Shown here piece after piece: positions 7,105-16,946 of a DNA stretch of 53,951 nucleotides. The stretch is from Pseudomonadota bacterium (GTDB lineage Bacteria > Pseudomonadota > Alphaproteobacteria > Rhodospirillales > 2-02-FULL-58-16). The notes under the pieces were generated by a model. It was not told the DNA's origin. It searched no databases and saw only the letters and a list, made by a program, of their open reading frames with translations. The number at the start of each line of letters is the position of its first letter. The stretch's first letter is position 1. The stretch spans positions 29,907 through 83,857 of the forward strand of contig JACZQZ010000001.1 in NCBI GenBank assembly GCA_022545455.1, in the 5' to 3' direction. A program made the translations under genes and the position numbers.

Positions 7105-9465
7105 TTACCCGGCGGAGCCGACGCGCGAACACGCGGCGACGATCGCCTCGGCATCGATGCCGTATTCCCGGTACAGCCCGGGCACGGTGCCGCACTGGCC
7201 GAAGCGGTCGACGCCTAGCGGCACCACGCGGTGGCCGTCGACCGAGCCCAGCCACGAAAGCGTCAGCGGATGGCCGTCGAGCACGGTCACCAGCGTTGCC
7301 GACGGCGCCAGGGGCGCCAGCAGGGCCTCGATGTGGGATGCCGGCTCCGGGTCTCCGGCGCCGGCGGCCCGCCAGCCCCCATGAAGCCGGTCCGCAGACG
7401 TCACCGCCAGCAGCCCGGCGTCGGGGACCGTCTCGCGCACCCGGTCGAACGCATCGTGCGCCTCGCCGGCGACGGCGCCGGAATAGACGATGGCGAGCCC
7501 GGCCCCGTCGCCGGGCGCCGTCGGCCAATAGGCGCCGGCGATGATGTCGTCCCCGAGCGTCCCGGAGATCGTGCGTTCGGGCTGCACCAGGGGGTGGGAC
7601 GACAGGCGCAGGTACACCGACCCGCCGTCCTTCTTCTGCATGTGGCGGAAGCCCCAGCACATGATGTGCGCCACCTCGTCCGCGAAGGCCGGCTCGAAGG
7701 CCGCCAGTCCGGGCTGGCCGACGCCGATCAGCGGCGTGCCGATGGACTGGTGCGCCCCGCCCTCGGGGGCCAGCGTGATGCCCGACGGCGTGGCCACCAT
7801 CATCAACCGGGCGTCCTGGTAGCAGGCATAGTTCAACGCGTCCAGGCCGCGCCCGATGAACGTGTCGTAGAGGGTGCCGATGGGCAGCAGCCGCCGGCCG
7901 AACAGGGGCCCGGCCAGTCCCAGCGCCGCCAGCAGCAGGAACAGGTTGTTCTCGGCGATGCCGAGCTCGATGTGCTGGCCGCTGCGCGCCATCTCCCACC
8001 TCTGGGCCGAGACCACGTGTTCGTCGCGGAACACGTCGGCCTGGCGGAAGCGGCTGAACAGCCCGCGCTGGTTGACCCAGCCGCCGAGATTGGTGGAGAC
8101 GGTAACGTCGGGCGAGGTGGTGACGATGCTGTCGGCCAGCGCCGTGTCGCCGCGCCCGAGGTCATTGAGGATGCGCCCGAAGGCCTCCTGGGTCGACATG
8201 CGCTCCGAGGCGCGGAATTCCAGCCGCCGGGGCACGGGAACCGCGGCGCTGGCGTGGCGGCGCCCGGCGGCGCGGTTGAACGGCACCGAGGCGAGGAAGT
8301 CCTTGAGGCGTTCGGGCGCCAGCGCGAGGCCGGCGAACGGGTCCCATTCGGCGCCCTTGGGCACGTTCATCCCGGCCTGGAAGGCCTCCATCTGGTCGGG
8401 GCTGAGCAGGCCCGCGTGGTTGTCCTTGTGGCCCGCCAGGGGCAGGCCGTAGCCCTTGATGGTGTACGCGATGAAACACGTCGGCGCGTCGTCGTCGACG
8501 CTGTCGAAGGCCTCGAGCACGGTCTCCATGTCGTGACCGGCGAGGTTGGTCATCACCTCCGACAACGCCGCGTCGTCGTAGCGCGCCAGCAGCGCCGGCA
8601 CGTCCGCCTCGCCGGCGAGATCCTCGACAAGCCGCTTGCGCCACGCCGGGCCGCCCTGGAAGGTCAGCGCGCTGTACAGCGAATTGGGGCAGTCGTCGAT
8701 CCAGCGCTTGAGCGCCTTGCCGCCGGGCAGCGCGAACGCTTCGCGCATCTTCTTGCCGTATTTCAGGGTGATCACGTTCCACCCGGTCATGCGGAACATG
8801 CGCTCGATGCGGTAGAACAGGCGGTCGCTGACGATGCTGTCCAGGCTCTGGCGGTTGTAATCGATGATCCACCAGGTGTTGCGGAGGTCGTGCTTCCAGC
8901 CTTCCAGCAGGGCCTCGAAGACGTTGCCCTCGTCGATCTCGGCGTCGCCGAGGACGGCCACCATGCGGCCCGGCGTGTCGCTCCGGGGGATGAACTCGCG
9001 GGCCCTGAGGTAGTCCTGGGTCAGCGAGGCGAAGACGGTGACCGCCGCGCCCAGGCCGACGGACCCGGTGGAGAAGTCCACGTCGTCGCCGTCCTTGGTC
9101 CGCGAGGGATAGGACTGGGCCCCGCCCATGGTGCGGAACCCCTCCAGCATGGCGCGGCTCTGGCGGCCGAGCAGGTACTGGATGGCGTGGAAGACCGGGC
9201 TCGCATGGGGCTTCACGGCGACCCGGTCCCGGGGCCGGAGCGCGTGCATGTACAGCGCCGTCATCAATGTCGCCACCGAGGCGCACGACGCCTGGTGGCC
9301 GCCCACCTTCAACGGGTCCGGGCGCGGCCGCACGTGGTTGGCGTGATGGACCATCCACGCCGACAGCCACAGCACCTTGCGCTCGACTGCGCGCAGGCAG
9401 GCGATGCGTTCGGCGTCGGAAAAAGGCACAGGCTCCGCGCCGGCCAGGGTCTGGGTTGCGGTCAT
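7105..9465 (-). CDS. Thiamine-diphosphate enzyme of the homodimeric pyruvate-dehydrogenase-E1/transketolase-like family (orphan, no E2/E3 nearby)
   Basis: 786 aa. ThDP-binding GDAEIDEGN...IIDYNRQSLD. The central and C-terminal regions carry transketolase-like pyrimidine-binding motifs (IELGIAENN..., ...PSGITLAPEGGAHQS). Confidence 0.8.
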   Translation of the reverse strand: MTATQTLAGAEPVPFSDAERIACLRAVERKVLWLSAWMVHHANHVRPRPDPLKVGGHQASCASVATLMTALYMHALRPRDRVAVKPHASPVFHAIQYLLGRQSRAMLEGFRTMGGAQSYPSRTKDGDDVDFSTGSVGLGAAVTVFASLTQDYLRAREFIPRSDTPGRMVAVLGDAEIDEGNVFEALLEGWKHDLRNTWWIIDYNRQSLDSIVSDRLFYRIERMFRMTGWNVITLKYGKKMREAFALPGGKALKRWIDDCPNSLYSALTFQGGPAWRKRLVEDLAGEADVPALLARYDDAALSEVMTNLAGHDMETVLEAFDSVDDDAPTCFIAYTIKGYGLPLAGHKDNHAGLLSPDQMEAFQAGMNVPKGAEWDPFAGLALAPERLKDFLASVPFNRAAGRRHASAAVPVPRRLEFRASERMSTQEAFGRILNDLGRGDTALADSIVTTSPDVTVSTNLGGWVNQRGLFSRFRQADVFRDEHVVSAQRWEMARSGQHIELGIAENNLFLLLAALGLAGPLFGRRLLPIGTLYDTFIGRGLDALNYACYQDARLMMVATPSGITLAPEGGAHQSIGTPLIGVGQPGLAAFEPAFADEVAHIMCWGFRHMQKKDGGSVYLRLSSHPLVQPERTISGTLGDDIIAGAYWPTAPGDGAGLAIVYSGAVAGEAHDAFDRVRETVPDAGLLAVTSADRLHGGWRAAGAGDPEPASHIEALLAPLAPSATLVTVLDGHPLTLSWLGSVDGHRVVPLGVDRFGQCGTVPGLYREYGIDAEAIVAACSRVGSAG

Positions 9466-9495
9466 GACGAACGCCGTCCTGTGGCGGAAACGTCC

Positions 9496-9509
9496 GGAAT
9501 TATAATTCC
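9496..9509. promoter_or_regulatory. Candidate Lrp/AsnC operator in the divergent promoter region
   Basis: Perfect 14-bp palindrome GGAATTATAATTCC in the AT-rich 132-bp spacer between the E1-like gene and the Lrp gene. Further GGAAT(T)T half-sites lie at 9519-9525 and 9573-9590. Confidence 0.45.
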
Positions 9510-9597
9510 AAACTGTCTGGAATTTCTTGCGAAATCGCCTTCTAGAGGCTAAGAAATAACAAGAATTTGTCGAAATTATGGGATTTTAAGGCAGATT

Positions 9598-10092
9598 ATG
9601 CCTCACCGGCAGCTCGACGCCATCGACCGCCGCATCCTCGAGCACCTGCAGGGCAACGCCCGCATCTCGAACGTGGATCTGGCCGCCCGGGTCGGCATCT
9701 CGGCCTCGCCGTGCTGGCGCCGGGTGCGGGAACTGGAGGAAAGCGGGGTGATCTCCAACTACGTCACCCTGATCGACGCCGCCAGTGTCGGCCTGACGGT
9801 CAGCGTCTTCGTCAACGTCAGCCTGGAGCGACAGGTGGAACGGGAGCTGGACGTGTTCCAGAACGCCATCCGGGAACGCCCGGAAGTCATGGAGTGCTAC
9901 CTGATGACCGGCGAGGCCGATTTCCTGCTGCGCGTCGTGGTCCCCGACCTGATGGCCTATGAACGGTTCCTCATGGACCACCTGACCCGGGTGCCGGGGA
10001 TCGCGTCCATCAGGTCGAGCTTCGCGCTCAAGCAGGTGAAGTACCGCACGGCCCTGCCGCTCGACCGCGGCGGCGCTGAAGGGGAGGAGTGA
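9598..10092 (+). CDS. Lrp/AsnC family transcriptional regulator
   Basis: 164 aa. An N-terminal HTH ([30 protein letters not shown]) is followed by the RAM/AsnC_trans_reg domain (...[13 protein letters not shown]...). Confidence 0.9.
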   Translation: MPHRQLDAIDRRILEHLQGNARISNVDLAARVGISASPCWRRVRELEESGVISNYVTLIDAASVGLTVSVFVNVSLERQVERELDVFQNAIRERPEVMECYLMTGEADFLLRVVVPDLMAYERFLMDHLTRVPGIASIRSSFALKQVKYRTALPLDRGGAEGEE

Positions 10093-10980
10093 ATGAACGG
10101 AGAACCGAAGATGACGGGACCCTTCCGCACGTTCCTGTTCGCGCCCGGCAACCATCCGCGCCGGCGCGTCAAGGTCTTCGAGGTCGGCGCCGACGCGGTG
10201 ATCCTGGACCTGGAGGACGCCGTCCCGGTCGCCGAGAAGGTGGAAACCCGGGGCGCGGTGACAGACGCTTTGAAACGTCCCCGCGACTGCCCGGGCTACG
10301 TGCGGGTGAACGGCTACGGGACCGAGTTCTGCTACGGCGACGTCCTCGCCGTCGCCGGGCCGTGGCTCGACGGCATCGTGCTGCCCATGGTGGAGACGCC
10401 GGCCCAGCTCCAGTCCGTGGACTGGCTGCTGGCGCAGATCGAGCGGGACCGCGGCATGGCGCCGGGCACCATCGACCTCATGCCCATCATCGAGACCGGC
10501 CGCGGCCTGGACGCGGTGACGGAAATCGCCGGCGCCGGCACGCGCACCCGGCGCATGTCCTTCGGCGCCGCCGACTACACCCTCGATGTGGGCATGCGGT
10601 GGACGGTGGACGAGGGCGAGCTGGCCCACGCCCGGGCGGCCATCGTGCTGGCGTCGCGCGTCGCCGGGATCGAGCCCCCCGTCGACACGGTCTTCGTCCA
10701 CATCCGCGACGACGCAAACCTAAGGCGCTCGGCCGGGACGGCCCGCGACTTCGGCTTCCAGGGCAAGCTGTGCATCCACCCGGACCAGATCGCGCCGGTG
10801 AACGGGATCTTCACGCCCGGCGCCGAAGAGGTGGCCGAGGCCGAAAAGATCGTCGCCGCGTTCGAAGCAGCGGAAGCCGCCGGCTCGGCGTCGATCCAGG
10901 TGGACGGCCGGTTCGTCGACTACCCCGTCGTCGACAAGGCCCGGCGTATCCTGGCCCTGATCGAACGCATCCGCGGCTGA
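10093..10980 (+). CDS. HpcH/HpaI aldolase / citrate lyase beta (CitE)-like CoA-ester lyase
   Basis: 295 aa. Motifs: FAPGNHPRR, DAVILDLEDAV, PIIETGRG and KLCIHPDQI. The start codon abuts the Lrp stop (TGAATG). Confidence 0.85.
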   Translation: MNGEPKMTGPFRTFLFAPGNHPRRRVKVFEVGADAVILDLEDAVPVAEKVETRGAVTDALKRPRDCPGYVRVNGYGTEFCYGDVLAVAGPWLDGIVLPMVETPAQLQSVDWLLAQIERDRGMAPGTIDLMPIIETGRGLDAVTEIAGAGTRTRRMSFGAADYTLDVGMRWTVDEGELAHARAAIVLASRVAGIEPPVDTVFVHIRDDANLRRSAGTARDFGFQGKLCIHPDQIAPVNGIFTPGAEEVAEAEKIVAAFEAAEAAGSASIQVDGRFVDYPVVDKARRILALIERIRG

Positions 10981-11059
10981 GGGGCCGCCCGGCCCCACCA
11001 TCGGCGCCGTGCCTACACCCCAAGCCGAACCAGGCCCCGCCGCCCGGCCTTGGGTGGTG

Positions 11060-11887
11060 TTAGGGATCGAGGGTCCGGGCGACGCGGAAGCCGATGTCGA
11101 CGTTCCGCCGGAACGGGTTGAAACGGCTCCGGCGGGAAGGGCGGACCGGCTGCGGCCCGGAATACGGGGACGCGCCGCGCAGGACCCCGTCGTTGCACCG
11201 GCCCTTCGCCGTCCACACGCTGCCGTCGCTGGGCGCGCCGTCGTAGGTGTCGTGCCAGCAGTCCCTCAGCCACTCGCCGACGCCGCCAAACATTTCGTGC
11301 ACGCCGAACCCGTTGGGCCGGTCCCTTGCGTCCGCCGTCGTCATCGTCTCGGAGCGCGCCACGTACTCCCACTCGGCCTCGGACAGCAGCCGATATCGTT
11401 TCCCGGTCTTCAGGCTCAGCCAATACGCATACGCCCGCGCGTCATGCCAGCTCACGCACACCACCGGGTCACGGTCGGTCTGCGCGAACCCGGGATCACG
11501 CCAGTCCGCGCCCATGGCCAAGGCCAACCGGCGGCCCGTCCAGCGGTAGCAGGCCTCGATGTCGCCGTACCCCGTCTCCCGCACGAAGGCGGCATAATCC
11601 GCCCGCGTCACCTTGAACGTGCCAAGGGCGAACGGGCGGTCCATGGTCACCGTGTGCCGGGGCCGCTCCCACTCCCACTTCACATGGTGTCGGGCGCCGG
11701 CCGTCATGCCTTCGGCCTCGCCCTCGGACGCCCCCATCATGAAGCTGCCGGCCGGCACCACGATCATCTCCGGGCACTCCGGGCAGTCGCGGAAACTGGT
11801 CCCCGGCTTCATCGGAGGGATCGTCTGCGCACAGGCGGCCACGAGGAGCCCGAGCGCCACGGGGATGACGGCTGCGAACCTCCGCAT
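11060..11887 (-). CDS. Formylglycine-generating-enzyme (SUMF1/FGE-sulfatase) domain lipoprotein
   Basis: Lipobox LLVAAC after MRRFAAVIPVALG, then MIVVPAGSFMMG, PVVCVSWHDARAYAYWL, RLLSEAEWEY and FGVHEMFGGVGEW. The start is chosen at the internal Met (11887) of ORF 11060..11932. Confidence 0.8.
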   Translation of the reverse strand: MRRFAAVIPVALGLLVAACAQTIPPMKPGTSFRDCPECPEMIVVPAGSFMMGASEGEAEGMTAGARHHVKWEWERPRHTVTMDRPFALGTFKVTRADYAAFVRETGYGDIEACYRWTGRRLALAMGADWRDPGFAQTDRDPVVCVSWHDARAYAYWLSLKTGKRYRLLSEAEWEYVARSETMTTADARDRPNGFGVHEMFGGVGEWLRDCWHDTYDGAPSDGSVWTAKGRCNDGVLRGASPYSGPQPVRPSRRSRFNPFRRNVDIGFRVARTLDP

Positions 11888-12375
11888 GGGGTCCTCCAGG
11901 ACGGCTCCTGCCGGCCGCGCCGGGCAGGCCATCCGCGATTAACTACCCTCACTGCCGCGGTACCGGTGGAGTCGCCCGGTGGCCGCGGATTTCCGTTTCC
12001 GGGTCTCCTCCTTGGCACAGGGTTTCCGGCCACCACGGCGCGGACACCCCCCCTTGACCGGCCGGTTCTGCCCGGCATCCATTTTCCGAGCCGATGAGGC
12101 GATAGCTGCAAGTCCTTATAGACAATGCCGTACCGGTTGTTTTGTACAATTCTTATTCGCGATGACTTAATATATTCCGGCTATGGCCGGTCCCGGAGTG
12201 TGGAAATTTGCACCCGATGCGTCCGGTGGAGTATCCTGCGCCGGGCCTGAATGCCGGCAGGGCGCGGGCGCAGCGGAAAGCAGGGTGTTCCTGGGGCTTG
12301 GCGCCGCATCGTCTCGGTCTATCGCCTCATAAAAACCTTTGACTTTACCTCTTGCCGCCATTTCCGGATGTTTTC

Positions 12376-12462
12376 CGGCGAGATCGTGACCGATGGGCGG
12401 CGCGATCTGTCCGAAGCCCGCCGTCGATATCGCGCGCCCGCCCACCGGGCCGGCACAGAGAA
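12376..12462 (+). promoter_or_regulatory. Structured 5' leader of fhs with ZTP(pfl)-riboswitch-like elements (candidate only)
   Basis: AGAUCG-UGAC...GGGCGG...CGAUCU overlaps an alternative hairpin GCGCGAU(22 nt)AUCGCGC and is followed by CCGCCCACCGGGC. It lies 25-110 nt upstream of the fhs ATG. Confidence 0.3.
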
Positions 12463-12484
12463 CTGGAAGGATTGAAAGAACCCG

Positions 12485-14173
12485 ATGCCGAAGAATGACA
12501 TGACGCCGAAGAGCGACATAGAGATAGCCCGGATGGCGGATATGCTGCCGATCGCGGAGGTGGGCGCCAAGCTTGGGATTCCCGGTGAGGCGCTCATCCA
12601 GTACGGGCCGCACAAGGGAAAGGTATCGTTCGCGTTCATCGACGGCCTGGCGGGGCGGCCGGACGGCAAGCTGGTCCTGGTGACCGCGATCACGCCGACG
12701 CCGGCGGGCGAGGGCAAGACGACGACGACGGTGGGCTTGGGGGACGCACTGAACCGGCTGGGCAAGCGGGCGACGATCTGCCTGCGCGAGCCCTCGCTCG
12801 GCCCCTGTTTCGGGGTCAAGGGAGGGGCGGCCGGGGGCGGCTATGCGCAGGTGGTCCCCATGGAGGACATCAACCTGCATTTCACCGGCGACTTTCACGC
12901 CGTCGGGGTGGCGAACAACCTGCTCTCGGCCTTGATCGACAACCACATCTACTGGGGCAACGGGCTCGGCTTCGATCTGCGGCGGATATCGTGGCGCCGG
13001 GTGGTGGACATGAACGACCGGGCCTTGCGCTCGATCACGTGCGGCCTGGGCGGGGTGGCCAACGGCTTTACGCGCGAGGACGGCTTCGACATCACCGTGG
13101 CCTCGGAGGTGATGGCCATTTTCTGCCTGGCCGCCGATCTCAAGGACCTGGAGGCGCGCCTGGGCAAGATCGTGGTCGGGCAGACGCGGGGGCGGGAACC
13201 GATCCACGCCCGCGATCTGAAGGCGCCGGGTCCGATGAGCGTGTTGTTGAAGGACGCGCTGCCGCCCAACCTGGTGCAGACCCTGGAGAACAACCCGGCA
13301 TTCATCCACGGCGGGCCCTTTGCCAACATCGCGCACGGGTGCAACTCGGTGATCGCCACCAGGACGGCGCTCAAACTGGCCGACTACGTGGTCACCGAGG
13401 CCGGCTTCGGGGCGGATCTCGGGGCCGAGAAGTTCTTCGACATCAAGTGCCGCAAGGCGGGTCTGAAGCCGGATGCGACGGTGATCGTGGCCACGGTGCG
13501 GGCGCTCAAGATGCACGGCGGCGTGGGCAAGGACGAATTGGGCCGCGAGAACGTGGCGGCGGTCACGGCGGGCTGCGCCAATCTGGCGCGCCACCTCGAG
13601 AACGTCACGGCCTTCGGGGTTCCCGTCGTGGTCGCGATCAACCGGTTTATCAATGACACCGACGCCGAGCTGGAGGCGATCGGGGCGAGCGCCCGGGAGC
13701 ACGGCGCGGCGGCGGTCGTATGCACCCACTGGGCCGATGGCGGGGCGGGGGCGCAGGAGCTGGCCGAACAGGTGATCGAGCTGGCCGAGTCCGGTGCGGC
13801 GGACTTCAAGCCGCTTTACGAGGACTCCCTTCCCCTGTGGGACAAGGCGGAGCGTATCGCGACCCGCATGTACGGGGCCTCGGGGATCGCCGCCGACGCC
13901 CGGGTGCGCAAGACCTTCGACGAGTTGCAGGGGACCTATGGGCACTTCCCGGTGTGCATGGCCAAGACCCAGTACAGCCTGTCCGCCGATCCGGCCCTGA
14001 AGGGGGCCCCCAGCGGCCACGTGGTGCCGATCCGCGACGTGCGGGTGTCGGCCGGGGCCGGGTTCGTGGTCGTCGTCACCGGCGCGGTCATGACCATGCC
14101 CGGCCTGCCGCGCGCGCCGGCGGCCGACAACATCTGCCTCGACGACCAGGGCCGGATCGAAGGCCTGTTCTGA
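12485..14173 (+). CDS. fhs: Formate--tetrahydrofolate ligase
   Basis: 562 aa. [16 protein letters not shown]-loop, ...[19 protein letters not shown]... and full-length collinearity with Fhs. Confidence 0.95.
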   Translation: MPKNDMTPKSDIEIARMADMLPIAEVGAKLGIPGEALIQYGPHKGKVSFAFIDGLAGRPDGKLVLVTAITPTPAGEGKTTTTVGLGDALNRLGKRATICLREPSLGPCFGVKGGAAGGGYAQVVPMEDINLHFTGDFHAVGVANNLLSALIDNHIYWGNGLGFDLRRISWRRVVDMNDRALRSITCGLGGVANGFTREDGFDITVASEVMAIFCLAADLKDLEARLGKIVVGQTRGREPIHARDLKAPGPMSVLLKDALPPNLVQTLENNPAFIHGGPFANIAHGCNSVIATRTALKLADYVVTEAGFGADLGAEKFFDIKCRKAGLKPDATVIVATVRALKMHGGVGKDELGRENVAAVTAGCANLARHLENVTAFGVPVVVAINRFINDTDAELEAIGASAREHGAAAVVCTHWADGGAGAQELAEQVIELAESGAADFKPLYEDSLPLWDKAERIATRMYGASGIAADARVRKTFDELQGTYGHFPVCMAKTQYSLSADPALKGAPSGHVVPIRDVRVSAGAGFVVVVTGAVMTMPGLPRAPAADNICLDDQGRIEGLF

Positions 14174-14619
14174 ACGGCCCGGGTCCAAAACCGGCGGGTG
14201 CGGGCGATCGGGGCGACCCGAGGCCGGCGCAGGATCGGGTGCGTTGTTGCCGTGTCACGGCCCACACGGCCCGCCCGCGGGGTGGATCGAATGGCCATTT
14301 AACGATCCATAGGATTGTTTGCCCAAAAATATGAGGGCCACATGATTGCGGACGGGCTCGTCCCCGCCGGAAAGGTCGCCACCCGGCCAACGCGCCGCCA
14401 GGGACGCCACCGACGGCGCCCGGGAAGGGTCCCCATCGGCGTAGCGCGCCACCGCGATGGCGGCCCAGCGATGGACGACGATGGCGCCGATGACGGCCAG
14501 GCAGTCCCAGAACAGAAACCGATCCATATGGCGGCACCAGGGTCATGTCTCGGCCGGCCGGCGGGGCGGGGGCAGGCGTGAACGGGGTGTTTCCGCCAAC
14601 CGCCCCGGCGGCCACGGGT

Positions 14620-15672
14620 TCAGGCCGCGGCTTCAGCGGCGAGCGTTTCGAGTTCGTGCAGCAGGTCCGTCTCGATCGGGATCCCCTCTTCGAGGCGGTT
14701 GCTCCGGCATTCCATCTCCGGTTCGCCGGGCAGATAGATCCGGGCAACGCCGGGCGCCGTCCTGCTGGCGCGGACGTCCGCCTTGAGGTCCTCGACCCGG
14801 TCCAGGAACGCCTCCGGGTCGGCGACGGCGCCGGGATCGATGGCCAGGAACAGATCGCCCTTGGTCGCCTCCTCGTCCATCCGGAAGGTGCCGCGCACGG
14901 CCTTGGTGACGGCGCCGCCGGACAGCGCCCCGGCCAGGAGATCGACCATGATCGACAACCCGAAACCCTTTGCGCCCGCAACCGGCAGCAGGGCGCCCAG
15001 CAAGGCGGCAGCGGGGTCCCGCGTCGGCCGGCCCTGGTCGTCGATGGCCCAGCCTTCGGGGATCTGTTCGTCCCGGTTCCTGGCGGCGACGATCTTTCCC
15101 CGCGCCACGTGGCTGGTCGACATGTCGAGCACGATCGGACCGCTGCGCCCGGGGACGCCGATGGACAGGGGATTGGTCCCCAAAACCTTGTCGATGCCTC
15201 CATACGGGGCGACGCCGGGCTCGGTATTGGACATGACCACGCCGATCAGTCCCTGGGCCGCGAGCACCTCCGGATAGTATTGGAGCATGGCGATGTGGGA
15301 GGCCCGTCGCACGCTGACCATGGCGATCCCGGCGCCCCGCGCCTTTTCCGCGACAAGCGCGGTGGCGACCTTGGCGACGACGGGCCCGAGCCCGCGGTCG
15401 CCGTCGACAAGGGCCGCGTTCGCGGTTTCCCGGATCACCCGGGGGGCGCACCGGGCGTTGATGGCGCCCGATTCGAGGCCGATGACCCACTTGGGGACCC
15501 GCACCACCCCGTGGGAGTCGTGGCCGCGGAGGTTCGCCTCGACAAGCACGTCGGTGACGAACCGGGCGTCCGCGGTGCTCACGCCCCGCGCCCCGAACAC
15601 CCGTTCCGTCACGGCGCGCAGGTGTTCGGCCGCGACCGTGGTCTTCGTCTGTCCGTCGCCGCTTGCCGTCAT
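14620..15672 (-). CDS. Ldh_2 family (malate/L-lactate/sulfolactate/ureidoglycolate-type) NAD(P)H oxidoreductase
   Basis: 350 aa. Motifs: LRGHDSHGV, SHIAMLQYY, GTNPLSIGVP, LDMSTSHVARGKI and GAKGFGLSIMVDLLAG. Confidence 0.85.
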   Translation of the reverse strand: MTASGDGQTKTTVAAEHLRAVTERVFGARGVSTADARFVTDVLVEANLRGHDSHGVVRVPKWVIGLESGAINARCAPRVIRETANAALVDGDRGLGPVVAKVATALVAEKARGAGIAMVSVRRASHIAMLQYYPEVLAAQGLIGVVMSNTEPGVAPYGGIDKVLGTNPLSIGVPGRSGPIVLDMSTSHVARGKIVAARNRDEQIPEGWAIDDQGRPTRDPAAALLGALLPVAGAKGFGLSIMVDLLAGALSGGAVTKAVRGTFRMDEEATKGDLFLAIDPGAVADPEAFLDRVEDLKADVRASRTAPGVARIYLPGEPEMECRSNRLEEGIPIETDLLHELETLAAEAAA

Positions 15673-15837
15673 CCGCTATCCACCCGTCTAATTCCGCGCC
15701 TTGGTATTATCCATGCGCGCCGGCGCTAGTGGCCTGTATCGACATGACAAAGCGTATCGCGGATGCAGAACCGTTGGTACCGTGGAACGCCGCGAATGAC
15801 TTAGCGTGCGTGGGTAACAGGTATAACGTTCCCCGTT

Positions 15838-16200
15838 CTATTCGTCCTCGCCCGCGTACACGCAGCCCGCGCTGCAGGTCTCGTGCAGGACCACCTTGCT
15901 CAGGCCCGGGAGCTTCGGTTTCACCCGCTTCCAGATCCAGCGGGCAAGGACCTCGCTGGTGGGATTTTCCAGGCCCTCGATGTCGTTGAGATAGGTGTGG
16001 TCGAGCTCACCCAGGGTAGGCTGGAAGGCGGCCTCGACCTCGGCGAAGTCCATCACCCACCCGCTGTCCGCACCGGCCTTCCCGCGCAGGTATAACCCGA
16101 CACGGAAGGAATGGCCGTGCAGGCGCCGGCATTTGTGGCCCTCGGGCGTGTTGGGCAACAGGTGCGCCGCCTCGAAGGTGAATTCCTTGAAAATCTCCAC
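15838..16200 (-). CDS. queD: 6-carboxy-5,6,7,8-tetrahydropterin synthase
   Basis: 120 aa. Motifs: [17 protein letters not shown] (Zn and catalytic residues) and LDHTYLND. Confidence 0.9.
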   Translation of the reverse strand: MEIFKEFTFEAAHLLPNTPEGHKCRRLHGHSFRVGLYLRGKAGADSGWVMDFAEVEAAFQPTLGELDHTYLNDIEGLENPTSEVLARWIWKRVKPKLPGLSKVVLHETCSAGCVYAGEDE

Positions 16201-16470
16201 GCCGTTCCGCCCCGCCCCCGGCCTTTCACGGTGTCCACGGTCCCCGGCGCCCCCTGGGCCCGCCGCGCCGGATTGGAACCCAGTGTATCCGCGCCGGGCC
16301 GGCGGTTTAAGGGAAATCCTGGCCGGCGGCGCCAGTGGCCTGTCGTGCGCCGCGCCCCCTGAATAAAATCCTTCCGGGTTAAGGGATTGCTAACCTTTTG
16401 TTCCTTAAGAGTTGCACTGTGGCGCGGTCTCCGAACGGTGCGGGCAGGTGGTCCGCCGGGAGGGACAAGG

Positions 16471-16845
16471 ATGGCCAACCGCGAAACCATGGATGCCCTT
16501 GGGTATGCCCTGCAGGCGGACTCCCTGTTCGCGCGCCTGCCGGCCCGGGTCATGGACACCCTGACCGCGGAGCAGAGAGACGCCATCCACCAGGCGGTGT
16601 GCGATCCGTCGCTGCGCCATCCCCCCATCAACATCCGCTTCAGCCTGCCGGCGTTCGGCCGGCGCTATTTTCTCACCATCATCGGCGGCGCGGAACGGCG
16701 CGGCGCCCGGCGCCGGACCCAGGAACAGACAAAATTTCCGCTGCGTACCGTCGCCAACTTCCTGTTTTTCATTTTCCTGGGCGCGCTGATCTACGCCCTT
16801 TCCATCGCCAGCATCCTCGTGCACCGCTCCCTCACCGGTTTCTAG
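16471..16845 (+). CDS. Hypothetical membrane protein
   Basis: ATG 16471 is preceded by GGGAGGGACAAGG. The C-terminal TM helix is FLFFIFLGALIYALSIASILV. No family recognised. Confidence 0.5.
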   Translation: MANRETMDALGYALQADSLFARLPARVMDTLTAEQRDAIHQAVCDPSLRHPPINIRFSLPAFGRRYFLTIIGGAERRGARRRTQEQTKFPLRTVANFLFFIFLGALIYALSIASILVHRSLTGF

Positions 16846-16946
16846 GCGCCGCGGCGCGACACCATCCGGTACCGGCGGCCCGCCCCGGCGCCTTGTGCCG
16901 GCGCCGGGCCACGATTACCTTGCGAACCCCACGCAAGGAGGATCGT

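Noticed and set aside
14255-14527. 90-aa minus-strand ORF in the fhs / Ldh_2 spacer (MDRFLFWDCLAVIGAIVVHRW...).
   Set aside because: It has one TM-like stretch and GC3-rich codons at the start. But there is no SD, no recognisable family, and the second half looks non-coding. The evidence is insufficient to call a gene.
15726-15765. AGTGGCCTGTATC...GCGTATCGC resembling the terminal repeat of the 330-bp palindromic element. A related GTGGCCTGT occurs at 2554 and 16334, and ACAAAGCGTATC also occurs at 1624.
   Set aside because: The matches are only 10-13 nt with divergent continuation. This could be a solo terminal-repeat relic, but chance similarity cannot be excluded by eye.
16201-16470. preQ1 riboswitch upstream of queD (minus strand).
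   Set aside because: I could not find the compact preQ1-I/II hairpin and A-rich tail signatures in the reverse complement. The region is GC-rich without obvious conserved structure.
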